Of a DNA stretch of 64,000 nt, positions 41,549 to 55,885 are shown piece after piece. The notes beneath the pieces were generated by a model that was not told the DNA's origin, did no database searches, and saw nothing but the letters and a program-made list of their open reading frames with translations. This DNA comes from Octopus vulgaris. Taxonomy: Eukaryota. The number at the start of each line of letters is the position of its first letter. The stretch's first letter is position 1. The stretch covers positions 119,412,001 through 119,476,000 of the forward strand of contig OX597820.1 of the NCBI GenBank assembly GCA_951406725.2. Direction: 5' to 3'. The translations under genes were made by a program, and so were the position numbers.

Positions 41549-42106
41549 CGAGGGTGAGTCAAAAAGTGATGCCCTTTTGTTTAGGACAGGTATAATTACC
41601 AACACATGAACATGCATCATACATCAAAAGGAAGCTGGTCCTCTGTGGATCACATCCCTACTTCTCAACATAGTCACCGTTTCTCTCAATAGCAACGTTT
41701 CACCTTCGAATGAGAGCGTGTATCCCTACCCCGTAAAATTCTGTTGACTGTTCTTAGCTAGTTCTGAGCTTCTTCTTCACTACAGTTTTCACTTCCTCGT
41801 TACTGGAATAAGGTTTGCCTCTCAAACCCTCTTTCATGGGGCCGAAGAGATGATAGTCCAGTAACGAGGAAGTGAAAACTGTAGTGAAGAAGTGGCTCAA
41901 AGAACAGTCAATAGAATTTTACGGGGCAGGGATACATGCTCTCATTTGAAGGTGGAACTTTGCTATTTAGAGAGACTGTGACTATATTGAGGAGTAGGGA
42001 TGTGATCCACCGAGGACCAGCTTCATTTTGATGTATGATACATGTTGCTGTGTTGGTAATTATACATGTCCTAAACAAAATGGGATTACTTTTTGACTCA
42101 CCCTCG
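41549..42106. mobile_element. Mariner-derived fold-back MITE made of two inverted transposon 3' ends
   Basis: TA-CGAGGGTGAGTCAAAAAGT ... ACTTTTTGACTCACCCTCG-TA; ~255-bp arms encode EVKTVVKKWLKEQSIEFY..GIHALI*RW; spacer (minus) encodes YHLFGPMKEGLRGK. Confidence 0.9.
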
Positions 42107-42294
42107 TACATCCATGTAGATACAGCTAATTTCTTTTCATTTGTGGTCTCATAATAGTTCAGACCCCTATATAGTGTAACTATTATGAGACAACATTTCT
42201 CCTTTAAAGGGATTCAAACCTGGCCACGATCTCTAACGTAATTTTTTTTCTGAAAGTAGGAACAACGTAGATAAGTCAAGATAGAAATACTCTG

Positions 42295-42361
<67 letters not shown>

Positions 42362-42433
42362 ATATATGGCGCTCAGGAAATATAAATATATGTCTTTAAC
42401 GTTTAGCCTACGCTCTTCAACAGAAAGATACAC

Positions 42434-42481
<48 letters not shown>

Positions 42482-42521
42482 TATGCATGTATATATATAT
42501 ATATACGTACATATATATATC

Positions 42522-43003
42522 TAATGTAGGATAAAATTTCTTCGAAAAAAAAATTTTTTATCAATGCCCACCATATTAATAAATACCTTTAAAGGTTAAA
42601 TTATAAACAACTTATAAATCAGGGCAAACGAAAAAATTTCTAATGCCAAATATGCCGAAAATTGGACATATTGTCCATTTACCATATAATTTTTCCCAGT
42701 ACGCACGCTACTCGAAAAAGGTCGACAGAAATCTCTAAAACATTCCATTATTACCATATCTGACCGATTTCAGGGTTTGTTCAAAAAGAACCCTCTCTTC
42801 GTCAGTGATACATGTGGCAAAGAAGTAAATGAGATACTTACTCATACCCATGGTAATAATGGAATTTTTTAGAGATTTCTGTCGACCTTTTTTCGAGTAG
42901 CGTGCGTACTGGGGAAAAAAATTATATGGTAAATGGACAATATGTCCAATTTTCGGCATATCCGGCATGAGAAATTTTTTCGTTTGCCCTTATTTATAAG
43001 TTG

Positions 43004-43004
<1 letters not shown>
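42522..43004. mobile_element. Penelope-like fold-back, arms 42607-42757 / 42850-43004, hammerhead motif in the spacer (minus strand)
   Basis: Minus strand TATCA-CTGACGA-AGAG-AGGGTT..AACCCT-GAAA-TCG-GTC-AGATA. Confidence 0.7.
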
Positions 43005-43070
<66 letters not shown>

Positions 43071-43394
43071 TTATGTATGTATATATGTATGTATGTATGT
43101 ATATATATGCATGTATATATTTACATGCACACATACACAGGTATACGCGCATACATAGACATAAATACATGAAAATACATGCATACATATACATACACAC
43201 CCATTCACTCATATTTCAGTTTATATGCTTATCTTTTTCTCTATATATGTAAAATTGCATATATATGTGTGTGTGTGTGTACATATAGTCATAAGTGTGT
43301 GTATATACATACTTTCCCGTCTTTTGACACCTATCTACGTATATTGTTATCAAAGTATATCTTTCCATTTACTTTTCCATATCTATTCTTTAAA

Positions 43395-43431
<37 letters not shown>

Positions 43432-43993
43432 TGTGTGTGTGTGTGTGAGAATGTTTGAACTCAAAATTGTTTGTGTAACAGTTTGCAACGCATCTACTCG
43501 TAGAACAAATAACAAAATTTTGTCTAAATGAATGCGGTCGCTTCTTTCTGTTTGCAATTACTATCTTTGTCTTTTTTTTGTTTTTTTTTTGTCTGTTTTT
43601 TAGACTTATCTGTTCAGATCATACTACCGTTAACCGTATTCGTTTTGTTCTTGCCAAGTCTTTGATCTACTGCAAATTAAAGAGGGGATTAGTAAACTCC
43701 CGTTCCATCTACTTCACACATCATTCTATTTATTGGTCTAACTAAATCTCCTATCATCGGTTTCTTGCCTTCAATGTGCTACAGCCAGATTACTTCTCAT
43801 TTGTCAGGGTATTACTTGCTTGAAAATTTTAATCCGCTCAGCTGTCTTTTCTCTTCTCTCTCTTAATTATTCTTTATTTACATTTTACTTTTTTTTTCTT
43901 TCTCCAAAGCTCTATTCATTTGTTTGTGAGCAAAGGGAAAAAAATAATGACGATCATAATGATGATGACGATAACCACAACAACATCATCATC

Positions 43994-44099
<106 letters not shown>

Positions 44100-44418
44100 T
44101 ATTTTCCTGAAGTTTTGTACCTGGCCAGTAAGACTGAGGGGAAGGAGAAGTCGATTACAAGAATTTCACTGTTCAACGGGTAAATGACTACGAAAAAATG
44201 AAATGCAATCTCTGAGTTAAAATTCAATAGGATTTGATCTCAGACTGTAAAATTAGAAGAAATACTCCGAAGCATTTGTTAGGCATTCTAACAGTTCTAC
44301 CAGTAAGGAGCACTCATTTATTATTATTATTAGTAGTAGTATTAGTAGTAGTAGTAGTAGTAGTAGTAGCAGCAGTAGTAGTAGTAGTAGTAGTAGTAGT
44401 AGCAGTAGTAGTAGTAGT

Positions 44419-44482
<64 letters not shown>

Positions 44483-44506
44483 TGAGTAGTAGTAGTAGTA
44501 GTAGTC

Positions 44507-44652
44507 CATTCTATTATAGGCACAAGGGGCCTGAAATATTGGACGAGGGAACTAGTCGATTATATCGACCCCAGTACTTCACTAGTACTTATTTTATCGC
44601 CCCCGCAAGGACGAAAGTCAAGGTCGACCTCGGATGAATTTAAACTCTGAAC
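44507..44652 (-). mobile_element. SINE family C relative, 5'-truncated
   Basis: GTCGATTATATCGACCCCAGTAC..AAGGTCGACCTCGG..AATTTAAACTC. Confidence 0.75.
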
Positions 44653-44667
44653 GCCCTGATCATAATA

Positions 44668-44729
<62 letters not shown>

Positions 44730-44792
44730 AATAATAATAATAATAATAATAATGATAATAATAATGATAATGATAATGATAATAATAATATG

Positions 44793-44845
<53 letters not shown>

Positions 44846-44883
44846 TATTATTATTATTATAATAATAGTAATAATAATGATAA

Positions 44884-45440
44884 TGCCTTGATGCAGTACC
44901 AGGCATTGGCTCTCATGGCTTCTGATCTTAATTGATTGGAAGTGTTATCATGTAGATTGTTTTTTTGTCTTGGTATAAAAGATGGGCTACAGCAAATATT
45001 CTGCTCAATGCCACAGATTTGCTTGTCAGTTGTTTGACCATAACTACTTGACCATGTCCCTTAATAGCTGGCGATACGTGCATCTCTGATCACGAGCAGA
45101 AGTAGTGGGGGAGCATCATACCCGTATGTTGAAAGGAATTCTTTTTGGTTTGAATAATTCACCTCTGGAAATATGGGTGTTTCGTTCAACATCTTTAAAC
45201 AACCCTTATTCAGGTACCTTTTGAGCGGATCGGCTACTCGACCAGAAGAAAGTTCTAACTGGGCCCCACCGGCAAGGTCATGCGCTGTTTATCTTGATAT
45301 GAGATCACCATGTCACGCACATATGGTTGGGATGCAGGTGCCTAGTGTACCCTTATCAAACGGGTAGTCATGATGGATATGCTGGGCTACGCATATTTTA
45401 CACCAGTGTCACTTTGATGGCATGCACTGCTCTCTCACTC

Positions 45441-45441
<1 letters not shown>
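44884..45441 (+). mobile_element. Non-coding element embedded in (TAA)n; possible Dong-like 3' UTR or non-autonomous derivative
   Basis: Ends TTTGATGGCATGCACTGCTCTCTCACTC-AATAAT; the same terminus occurs at 31415-31443. Confidence 0.6.
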
Positions 45442-45509
<68 letters not shown>

Positions 45510-45510
<1 letters not shown>

Positions 45511-47245
45511 GTTATTGGATGTGGCAATCTAACATCAACGGCAAACGAGGCATCTTTCAAGGTGATTCCCTCTCCTCATTACTCTTTTGCATCGAACTCT
45601 CAAACGAACTGAATAACACCAGGTATGTCTTCAAAGTGTATAATATTATAATAAATCATCTGTTTTATATGGATAATCTAAAGCTGTTTGCTAGAAATGG
45701 CGAAGAGGCAGTAGGGTTGCTAACAACTATTAAAGGGTTCAGCAATGACATTGGATGGACTTTGGTCTCGATAGGTGTGCTAAAGCAACTTTTGTAAGAG
45801 GGAAACTCCAGCAAACATCTTTCATTAAATTAGGTACAGAAAATACCATCGAGGAGTTTGATCCACATGAAAGCCATAAATAACTGGGAGTAAACAAAAG
45901 AGACGGTATACAAGATGCTATTATGACAGAAAAAATACGAAAGGGGTATTACACAGGAACACTACTCATACTAAACACTGAACTCAACTCCAAAAATCGC
46001 ATCGAATCCATTAAACTTCTGACCACCAGAAGTCCAATACAGTTTTAACATCATTAATCTTACAGAACTCCAACTACAAACATCTAAGAACCTGTGCCAC
46101 CCAAAAGCAGACGTTGATAATCTGTACCTACCTAGAACGATGCAGGTAGAACGGTGCTATATGATCTCAACAATAGTAATGAACGAAATATTAATCTAGT
46201 ACAGAAGACTGAATACTGCAGCTTGTGAGCAAATACGAAAGCAGCAAAAAATCACTTTCTATTGTCAAGGAACTTGTAAATTTGCAAGGGAACTTAGCAT
46301 CGACCCTGAATTAGGAGAAGAACTGGAAACCACTGCCACGAATAAAGCAAAAAACTGCTTTTGGGTGGCACAGGTTCTTAGATGTTTGTAGTTGGAGTTC
46401 TGTAAGATTAATGATGTTAACAATTTTTTTATTGGACTTTTGGTGATCAGAATTTTTTTGCTCTCACTGACTGCAAAACGGAACGGGCAGAAACAAATTG
46501 AGGAGCGGTGGAGCTAGAAGCCTATGCATGGAAAGTATATATTTCGAAGCCGAATTGCTGATGTAAACCAAGCAACACTCCGTCAGTGACTGAGAAGCTC
46601 AGGAGGGAAAGCAGAGAGTGAAGGCTACATATCGGCGGCTCAAGACAAAAGCTTGCTTACAAAAAAGTACCAGACTAACGTTCTTCAAAACGGTTCTGAT
46701 CCTAAGTGCAGATTCTACGATAAATTTGATGAAACAATAGACCATCTTATCTCGGGATGTCTTGTGCTGACACAAACGGATATAAACATCGCCACAATAG
46801 GGTATTTACACTGGAAAATATGTAAACACTACAGAATCAGCACTAATGCTTACTGGTACGAACATCATGAGCCAGTCGTTGAAGGTAAAAATTTCACTAC
46901 GCTCTAAGGTTTTCCAGTTTACACCGATAGAACGATCCAGGCTAATCGATCAGACATGGTAATTGAAGACTGGCTATAAAATACTTGTAGATTAATAGCT
47001 GAAAGTGTTCCCATTGATAAAAATATATTTGTACAGGAATTTGATCAATTAAATAAATATAAGGACCTGAAAATTGAAATTAAAAAATGTGATAACTTAA
47101 AGTGAGAAATATTCCTGTTATTGTGGTGGCCTTGGTATTATGAGAAAGGGATGTCAGAAACATCTAAATAGTTTCCCAGGAGAACCATATCTCAGAGAAA
47201 TCCAAAAGATTGTGCTGACAAGTACTGCCCAAATGCTATCCATTT
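45510..47245 (+). mobile_element. Dong/R4-like LINE (RT core to RLE), decayed, with internal inverted duplication
   Basis: RGIFQGDSLSSLLFCI, INHLFYMDNLKLF, DPKCRFYDKFDETIDHLISGC, YLHWKICKHY, DRTIQANRSD, EIQKIVLTSTA. Confidence 0.9.
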
Positions 47246-48126
47246 AAATGTATTTATTGTATTACTTGAAGATATTCTGCCACAACGTAAATGGTAACAA
47301 TTTAAAAAAAACAACTTGATATAAAATTTCAAAACGTACTTAAGAAGAAGTGGAGAGAAAATCTTCTTCATAATCAAAACCGTTCAAGGCGTGATTAAGA
47401 AGAATTAAGCCGGAGGGTAAACCAATAATGACTCAAAAGATCCGGTTGGAAAATGTTATTGTTGCTTCCTACTTCTATATACAGTGATATAACGTATTTA
47501 AGCAGTTAATCATTGTGCCAGGCTGGCTCCAGATCACACGTATTTTTACGCAACTCGCACTCAGGATGAACTTAAATTTTTGCGGTCCCAATTAATCAAT
47601 GAATAAGTAAACACATTAATAAGTATATTTACCGCTAAGTTTTTATTTCCTTCCGAAGAATGTTCAGAGCATTTCAATATATTTTTTATTTCATATACAG
47701 ATGCTAACAGGAATTTACATCATGTATGAGTACATACAATACACGGTACCATGGCCAGAGAGGAAAAATCCGAAGCGTGGTTATTGCTAGTTGAATTTAC
47801 TGGATTTCAAACCCGACAAACACCTGAAAAGAACTATTCATATTCTCCTCTCCCTTATTTGTGAGGTTCGAATATGAAATACGAATATGAACTCTGCGTA
47901 TTTCTACCCAACTATCTTGAAGTGATACTATCAAGAACTATTCGGACCCACACGTGTGACATTAGGAAACAGACAATCATGAAATCTCCCTATTTACGAA
48001 AATTTGCTATGAGTTTTGGCTTTCCTGCTTTTCTGATTTTCTTGCCTATACATACATAAATACATACATACATACATACATACATAAATACATACATACA
48101 TACATACATACATACATACATACATA

Positions 48127-48390
48127 ATGATGGCTGCCCCCCTCGTTATCGAGTATTGCCATTGCACAAATCTTAACTGTTACTGGTGCTGTGATCGAAT
48201 GTGACATTTTAGCCCAGCTAAAGATCTACAATGTCTTGTACAGAATTGGCAACTAAGACCTTTACCGGTAATAGCCGGCTGTAGTTGTAACTGGGCTTCA
48301 TGTACCTTTGCATGTCGTTTAAGTCCTCCTGCCAAATTACACTCTCTTCCACATGCCCGACAGATATGATTAGTATGGTGTGTTACACCT
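48127..48390 (-). mobile_element. Probable RTE-like LINE 3' terminus with two C2H2-type fingers, embedded in (TACA)n
   Basis: CRACGRECNLAGGLKRHAKVH..CQFCTRHCRSLAGLKCHIRSQH*, short UTR, then (ATGT)n; no TGEKP linker. Confidence 0.55.
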
Positions 48391-48974
48391 ACATACACAC
48401 GTACATACATACATACATACATACATACATACATACATACATACATACATACATACATACATACATACATACATACATACATACATTCATACATACATAC
48501 ATTCATTCATACATACATACATTCATACATACATACATACATACATACATACATACATACATACATACATACATACATACATACATACATACATACATTC
48601 ACTCATACATACATACATACATTCATACATACATACATTCATACATACATTCATACATACATACATACCTATATATATAAATGCATACATGCCTATATAC
48701 GCATATGTAAGTATTTATGTCTGGGTGTGTGTGTCTGTGTTTGTCCCCAACTATTCTTTTACAACCGATATCCTTATGTTGACCTCCTGGGGTCGATTTA
48801 CTCGACTAAAAACCTTTAATACGGTACTCCAGCACATATGCAATGACGTGGAAGATTATTTAAGATTCTGCAGTGAGGTGTTTAACTAACATCACCACAT
48901 CAGATTATACTCCCGAAGTATTATGAAGAGTTATACACTGCTGGGATTATGGTAGCATATTACTCTTAAACCGT

Positions 48975-49180
48975 TGCTTGTTTCAGTCATTTGACTGCGG
49001 CCATGCTGGAGCACCGCCTTTAATCGAGCAACTCGACCCCCGGGACCTATTCTTTTGTAAGCCCAGTACTAATTCTATCGGTCTCTTTTGCCGAACCGCT
49101 AAGTAACGGGTACATAAACACACCAACATCGGTTGTCAAACAATGCTAGTGGGACAAACACAGACACACAAACACACACA

Positions 49181-49241
<61 letters not shown>

Positions 49242-49411
49242 ATATACATATATACGACGGGCTTCTTTCAGTTTCCGTCTACCAAATCCACTCACAAGGC
49301 TTTTATCGGCCCGAGGCTATAGTAGAAGACACTTGCCCAAGGTGCCACGCAGTGGGACCAAACACGGAACCATGTGGTTGGTAAGCAAGCCATTTACCAC
49401 ACAGCCACTCC
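48975..49411 (-). mobile_element. SINE family B, full length
   Basis: Reverse complement of the family B sequence. Confidence 0.92.
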
Positions 49412-50101
49412 TTTCACGAGCTGTGGCCATGCTGGGGCATCTCCATTATATACTGAAACACGTGTAGGAATATTCATATTATTCATTCCTTCAATGCTCA
49501 TCGCTATAATTGCGCCGCTTGAAATATAACAATGATCCTTGGATAAATTTTAAATTTACTGAATGCTGGGTACAAATGATATTTGGTTTCATCTTACATT
49601 TAACCCCCACGAATACAAATGTTTTTTTTTTGCTTGAGATTTTCGAGTTATTGTGTTAAGCACTGGAGAACAAAGGGCATGTCATTGATGATTTCACGAA
49701 TAGCAATGAATTAATACAATGAATTAATACTGACAAACAACTGATTGATTGTTTCACCAACGAATTAAACAAATGGATGGTTAGTTGGTAAGATAACTAT
49801 ATAACTAAAACTACAAGAATGAAACTGAAACGGCGCATATGTATATCATTATTGCCTCGATGAACCTCCAAAGTCATACCAAAATTCTTAGCTAGAAACA
49901 AAATATACAAGCAGTAACTTACAACTTATTTCTTGACAGTATGACGTTTAATCTATTTTGGGTACAATTTTTAAGTGACAAATATACGCACGCAGAAGAC
50001 ATAGATATCGTTTAGTTCCTAGACAGATACGTGGTTTCCCGAAGGTCATCTCAAAGTTCTTTAGTTGATACATACATACATACAAACACGCATACATACA
50101 T

Positions 50102-50144
<43 letters not shown>

Positions 50145-50900
50145 TATTTATATATATTTATATTTATATTTATACATATACATATATACATACATACATG
50201 CATACATACATGCATACATACATATATACATACATATATGTATATATATATATATATATATATGCAGTAGGAATGTTCGTTTTGAAATGTGAAGTCATTT
50301 TAGAAGTAAGTAACCGAAATAAGGACAAAAAGCGATTACGCAGTCCTGAAAAACAGATGACAGTCCTTTAATTGTACCCGAATGTGGGAACCCTGAGTAT
50401 ACATAATGTTTTGAATCTACACCCATCGCTATTAAAAAAAATTCTTACGCTGACACATGAAAACCAGAATCTCACGCCTTGTCGACCAGGAGCAGCTTAA
50501 GTCATTTACAAACAGACTCTATGACTGATTTGTAATTCTCCATACTAAATCTCAGAATAAACAGGCTGGGGGAAGACTACACGTTGAATAATTACTAACA
50601 GACATTCAACACACGCTATGGAAGACGCTCAAAATGGTAAATATATGTCAACAAAACAGCCTAATCGCTTTCGAAAGACTATCGAGTTACCCCGCTCCAC
50701 CATCTTTGAGTCGCTCTCATTCTCTCTCACCCCACTCTCTCTCTCCCTCGATAAACACACATATATATATATATATATATTTACGTGTGTGTGTGTGTGG
50801 GTAGATATATATGTATGTGTATATATATATATAATTATACTATATATATATATATGCATACATATATATGCATATATATACACACACACACACATATATA

Positions 50901-50933
<33 letters not shown>

Positions 50934-51139
50934 ATAGAAATATTAAAATTACTAAGTCTCTATAAAAGAGATTACGGCAGCGTTTACTGGAAATTAATTG
51001 TTATCGCCATATTAATATGGCATTCTTATAGATATAAGAATAATCGCTGCCATGGTCAGCTCCATGAGGCCACCGCCATCAAGATAGCTATTGATACACG
51101 ATCTGTATCCATTATAACCTTCGAACAAGGTTATATATA

Positions 51140-51305
51140 TATACGACGACCTCCTTTCAGTTTCCGTCTACCAAATCCTCTTCGAAAGCTTTGGTCGTCC
51201 CGAGTCTATAGTAGAAGACACTTCCCGGAGATGCCAGGCAGTGGGACAGAACCCGGAACCATGTGGCTGGTAAGAAAGCTACTTTTTACACAATCGCTCC
51301 TGCGC
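51140..51305 (-). mobile_element. SINE family B, 5' half
   Basis: TTTCAGTTTCCGTCTACCAAATCC..GAACCCGGAACCATGTGG..CTCCTGCGC. Confidence 0.8.
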
Positions 51306-51546
51306 TTATATATATATATAAGAAAATAATGAAGGAACTTATTCCATATATAGAACAACCATGCAGTGCTCAGAATATGAACTGTATGAATACTATTGGC
51401 ATCGATAGAAAACACAAAATTCAGGTAATCGATAAAAAAATTTCTTTATAATACCTGAGTACTTAATACAAATCTCATAAAACCGTAAAAATATATGCGT
51501 GTAAAAAATTACACAAAAATACATAAAAATATACATATAATATAAT

Positions 51547-51960
51547 AGGCGCAGGAGTGGCTGTGTGGTAAGTAGCTTTCTAACCAACCACATGGTTCCG
51601 GGTTCAAACCCACTGCGTGGCATCTTGGGCAAGTGTCTTCTGCTATAGCCCCGGGCCGACCAATGTCTTGTGAGTGGATTTGGTAGACGGAAACTGAAAG
51701 AAGTCTGTTGTATATATGTATATATATATATATATGTGTGTATGTGTGTGTGTCTGTGTTTGGCCACCTAGCATTGCTTCACAACCGATGCTAGTGTGTT
51801 TACGTCCCCGTCACTTAGCGGTTCGGCAAAAGAGACCGATAGAATAAGTACAGGGCTTACAAAGAATAAGTCCCAGGGGTCGATTTGCTCGACTAAATGC
51901 GGTGCTCCAGCATGGCCGCAGTCAAATGACTGAAACAAGTAAAAGAAAGAAAGAAAAAAA
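51547..51960 (+). mobile_element. SINE family B, full length
   Basis: Complete head, CORE-like segment and tail; (AAAG)n end. Confidence 0.92.
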
Positions 51961-52325
51961 GAATAAATACATATGAATATGTAAAAATGTACATTGATTA
52001 ATATATGAGAGAAAATATAAAATGTTAAGCGAGTGTCTGAACTCGTTACATCGGTGTGAGAAGCAAGAGGGAGGAAAGTTATAGATACATGGACAATATG
52101 CGACAATATACATGATTAATAAATAGATATTAAAGGTATTCCATGGCAGCGATAAAGTCTAATACTCATCCTACGATCGTTATTGGGAGTAGATAAAGTA
52201 TTCCTGTCCATATCCCATATAAACAGTTCCTTCGTCGTCGAGGAACACATAATAGACCTACAGTCTTCCTTATTTGGAATAGAGAAAATAGAAATAATAC
52301 AGAAAAATAGAAAAAATATAGCGTG

Positions 52326-52371
<46 letters not shown>

Positions 52372-52374
<3 letters not shown>

Positions 52375-52577
52375 AGGAGAGTTCACGAAAAAACAAAAAA
52401 ACAAAAGACAAAGACGGGTGGTGTACAAAACAAACAGATGCATTAGTATAACGCTCAGGAATTGAAAAAGTCTTTTACGTTTCGTGCCTATGCTCTTCTA
52501 CGGAAAGAAATACAGAAATAAAAACAAGGAAACAAGGAAAGAAAAAAATGTGTGTTGTGGCTACCGATCTATCATGG

Positions 52578-52580
<3 letters not shown>
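52372..52580 (-). mobile_element. Short Penelope-like terminal-repeat element with degenerate hammerhead-like core
   Basis: Minus strand TCTTT-CCGTAGA-AGAGCATAGGCAC-GAAA-CGTA-AAAGA (52471-52508); shares TTCCTGAGCGT with the 10086 family; (TA)n flanks. Confidence 0.55.
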
Positions 52581-52628
<48 letters not shown>

Positions 52629-53304
52629 AGGTGTGTATGAAAAGTTTTGAGCCTTGATATCTTGTACCTTCCTCAGAAGTATTGTAGTATTATTTTTTTT
52701 TGAGGCTGAAGACTTTTTATACACCCCTATACCATAGTAAAATATGGCACTTATCGACAACGAATGAAAATACGGAAAATAGGGAAGAAGCGCAGAAAGG
52801 TTGTGGATACGTCCCTAATCAGTTATAGACCAAATATCATTACAGTTTCGATAATGTTGTCGATCTTAGTGGCATCAGCGTTCCTGTGGTGTAAATGAGC
52901 AAATATGAAGGACATAATCAGTCAGGTGCAAAAAAAGAGAAAAATAAAAAGGTAAAACGGTTTCTCTAGTCTCAACAACCGAATGATAGGGTATGAGGAG
53001 TAGCTAAAAATATATAAGTGAGAAAGGGGGGAAGTGAGGGAGAAGGTAACAATCTAACCAAAAACAGTAACGAATGGAACAAGCTTGCAGTAAAGGAATC
53101 AACTGGCAACTGTACGATTTCCGAATACGAAACTCTTGTCTGTATGTTGTCTTCGGCCTCACGATGTCCTCGATATTAAAATAAAGGTTACTTGCCTAAC
53201 GCGCTGTAAATTAGTATCGAAATCACAACGGCGTCGTTGCGCAGCGAACGTTTGAAATTCGCAGGAATATATCTCTATGCACAAATACGACACCAAACTC
53301 ATAT

Positions 53305-53379
<75 letters not shown>

Positions 53380-53599
53380 TGCATATATATATGCACATAT
53401 ATACACGTATATATATATATATGTATGTATGTATATATATATATATATATGTGTGTGTATATGTATATATATATAATATGTATATGTATATATATATGTA
53501 TGTATATATAAATATATATATATCTCTTTGCACAAATACGACACCAAACTCATATCTTCACACACACACATGCATATACATATATGCACATAGATACAC

Positions 53600-53691
<92 letters not shown>

Positions 53692-53799
53692 ATATGTATA
53701 TGTATATATATAGATGTATATGTATGTATACACTTACACAGGCATGCATAAACACAATACACACACATGCATACACATATACACTTTATTTTTCCTGCT

Positions 53800-53842
<43 letters not shown>

Positions 53843-54072
53843 ATGTGTTGATGTAAGCGTGTGAATAATATTTTGTGGTATCATCTTTATAATTGCGCTT
53901 GTATGTGTGCTTGTGACATACTCTGTGTCATATCCGCATGAATAAACTTCTACTCTCAACCTCTGCTATTGTCACTCTTCTCTCTCTCTCTCTCTGTCTC
54001 TCTGTCTCTCTCGCTTTTCTACTCTGTCTCCTACTCTCTCTTATACTCTATCTCTCCTATTCCCTCACCCCT

Positions 54073-54113
<41 letters not shown>

Positions 54114-54590
54114 CATACTTTGTTTCACCTTGTAGTGTTTCTCATTGTTTATTATTATATACTCACCCTCTCTCCATCTCTCTCTTCCTCTCTCTCTCTC
54201 CCCCTCTCTTTCTAATCCTCCATACTGCTTATCTCTTATTCACACAAAATTTATTCATTCTCTCTGCAAATATATTCCAACTCTCTTACCCAGCCGTCTT
54301 TTATTCCTTATCTTTCTCACTGCTTCAATCTACTACTACGCCACAACGTAATAGAGGAAGGACGTGTGCACATGAATATTCAACATACAGTCCTAGGACA
54401 CCAATAAACTCCACCTTCAATATTTGCACACCCACTAATTCAAGCCTAACAACTCCTCCCATTTAACCGTTTCGCCCTCATCTTTCAGCACCGTTTTTTT
54501 CCCCCCTTCTCATATATCGCTAGTTAAATTCCAACGACTGTCTTGTATGTATGTATTTCTGTCTGAGAGTTTGCGTGTGTGTGTGTGTGT

Positions 54591-54625
<35 letters not shown>

Positions 54626-54735
54626 TGTGTTTGTGTTTGTGTGTGTGTGTGTGTGTGTGTTTGTGTGTGACGGAGTGGACAAAAATCCAGCCAAAGCTGT
54701 TAAGTTACTAGTGAGACGACTGAAAATTTATACAT

Positions 54736-54802
<67 letters not shown>

Positions 54803-55664
54803 CATACATACGTACTTACACTTATACACACACACCTACGTACACACCTACATATATGTGTGTGTCTGTGTGCATATGTGTGCGTGTGGATGTGTGTATG
54901 CGCGTGTTTACGCGTGTATTTATATGTATATATAGAATATGTATATATAGATCCAATGGTACGCTATTCTCTCATATTTCGTAATATTTTACTTTTTTGT
55001 AAAAAAAAAAAAATATGGAATATAACGCCACTATTCAGGCCACATCCGTTACATCTATCATATAAGTACATATATCTGATAATAGGGGGATATATTTGAA
55101 TGCTTTGATTTGGCAATTTGACGGCAATTTATGCATGGAATATAATTACATTGTTATAAATGATTGAAATTAAGACGCAATAGTCAGCACACCAGTCCGA
55201 ACGAGTGTGGTCTGGAAAATGTACATTTTAATTCGTAATTAACATGAGATATGTTTTCCAAGCCCTATACGTTCGCGATGGTGGGTTGGCTGCTGGATCT
55301 TAATTTCAATGTAATCACGAGCATTCATAAATAAGCAAGGCAATCTCTCGGTTCTCCTCGAATTTGAAACACTGACTCAACAACAAAGATGTGACAGTTG
55401 CAAGGAGAAAGAGAGCTGCACCCCACCCTAGTCTGCTGCTGCTGCTCATTTTCAGCTATACATATCGTGTAAAAGTACCTGATGGTACTTTTATTGAATG
55501 AAAATTGAATAAATTTCATACATTTGTGAACGTTGAATGAAGTGTGGACAGAATATAATTACCTCACTATTTGACTGGGAAATCATGTCGAAAACATATT
55601 TTAACTAACCTAAACTTTACTTATGACTAAACACTGTTTTGGTGTTAATATTACGGTAATTATT

Positions 55665-55885
55665 AAGGCGGCAAGCTGGCAGAAACGTTAGCATGCGTAG
55701 CCGTATTTCGTCTGTCTTTACGTTCTGAGTTCAAATTCCGCCGAGGTCGACTTTGCCTTTCATCCTTTCGGGGTTGATTAAATAAGTACCAGTTACGCAC
55801 TGGGGTCGATATAATCGATTTAATCCGTTTTTCTGTCCTTGTTTTTTCCTCTGTGTTTAGTCCCTTGTGGGTAGTAAAGAAATAA
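55665..55885 (+). mobile_element. SINE family C
   Basis: 15-bp TSD AATATTACGGTAATT at 55647-55661 and 55886-55900; homologous to 2766-2978. Confidence 0.88.
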
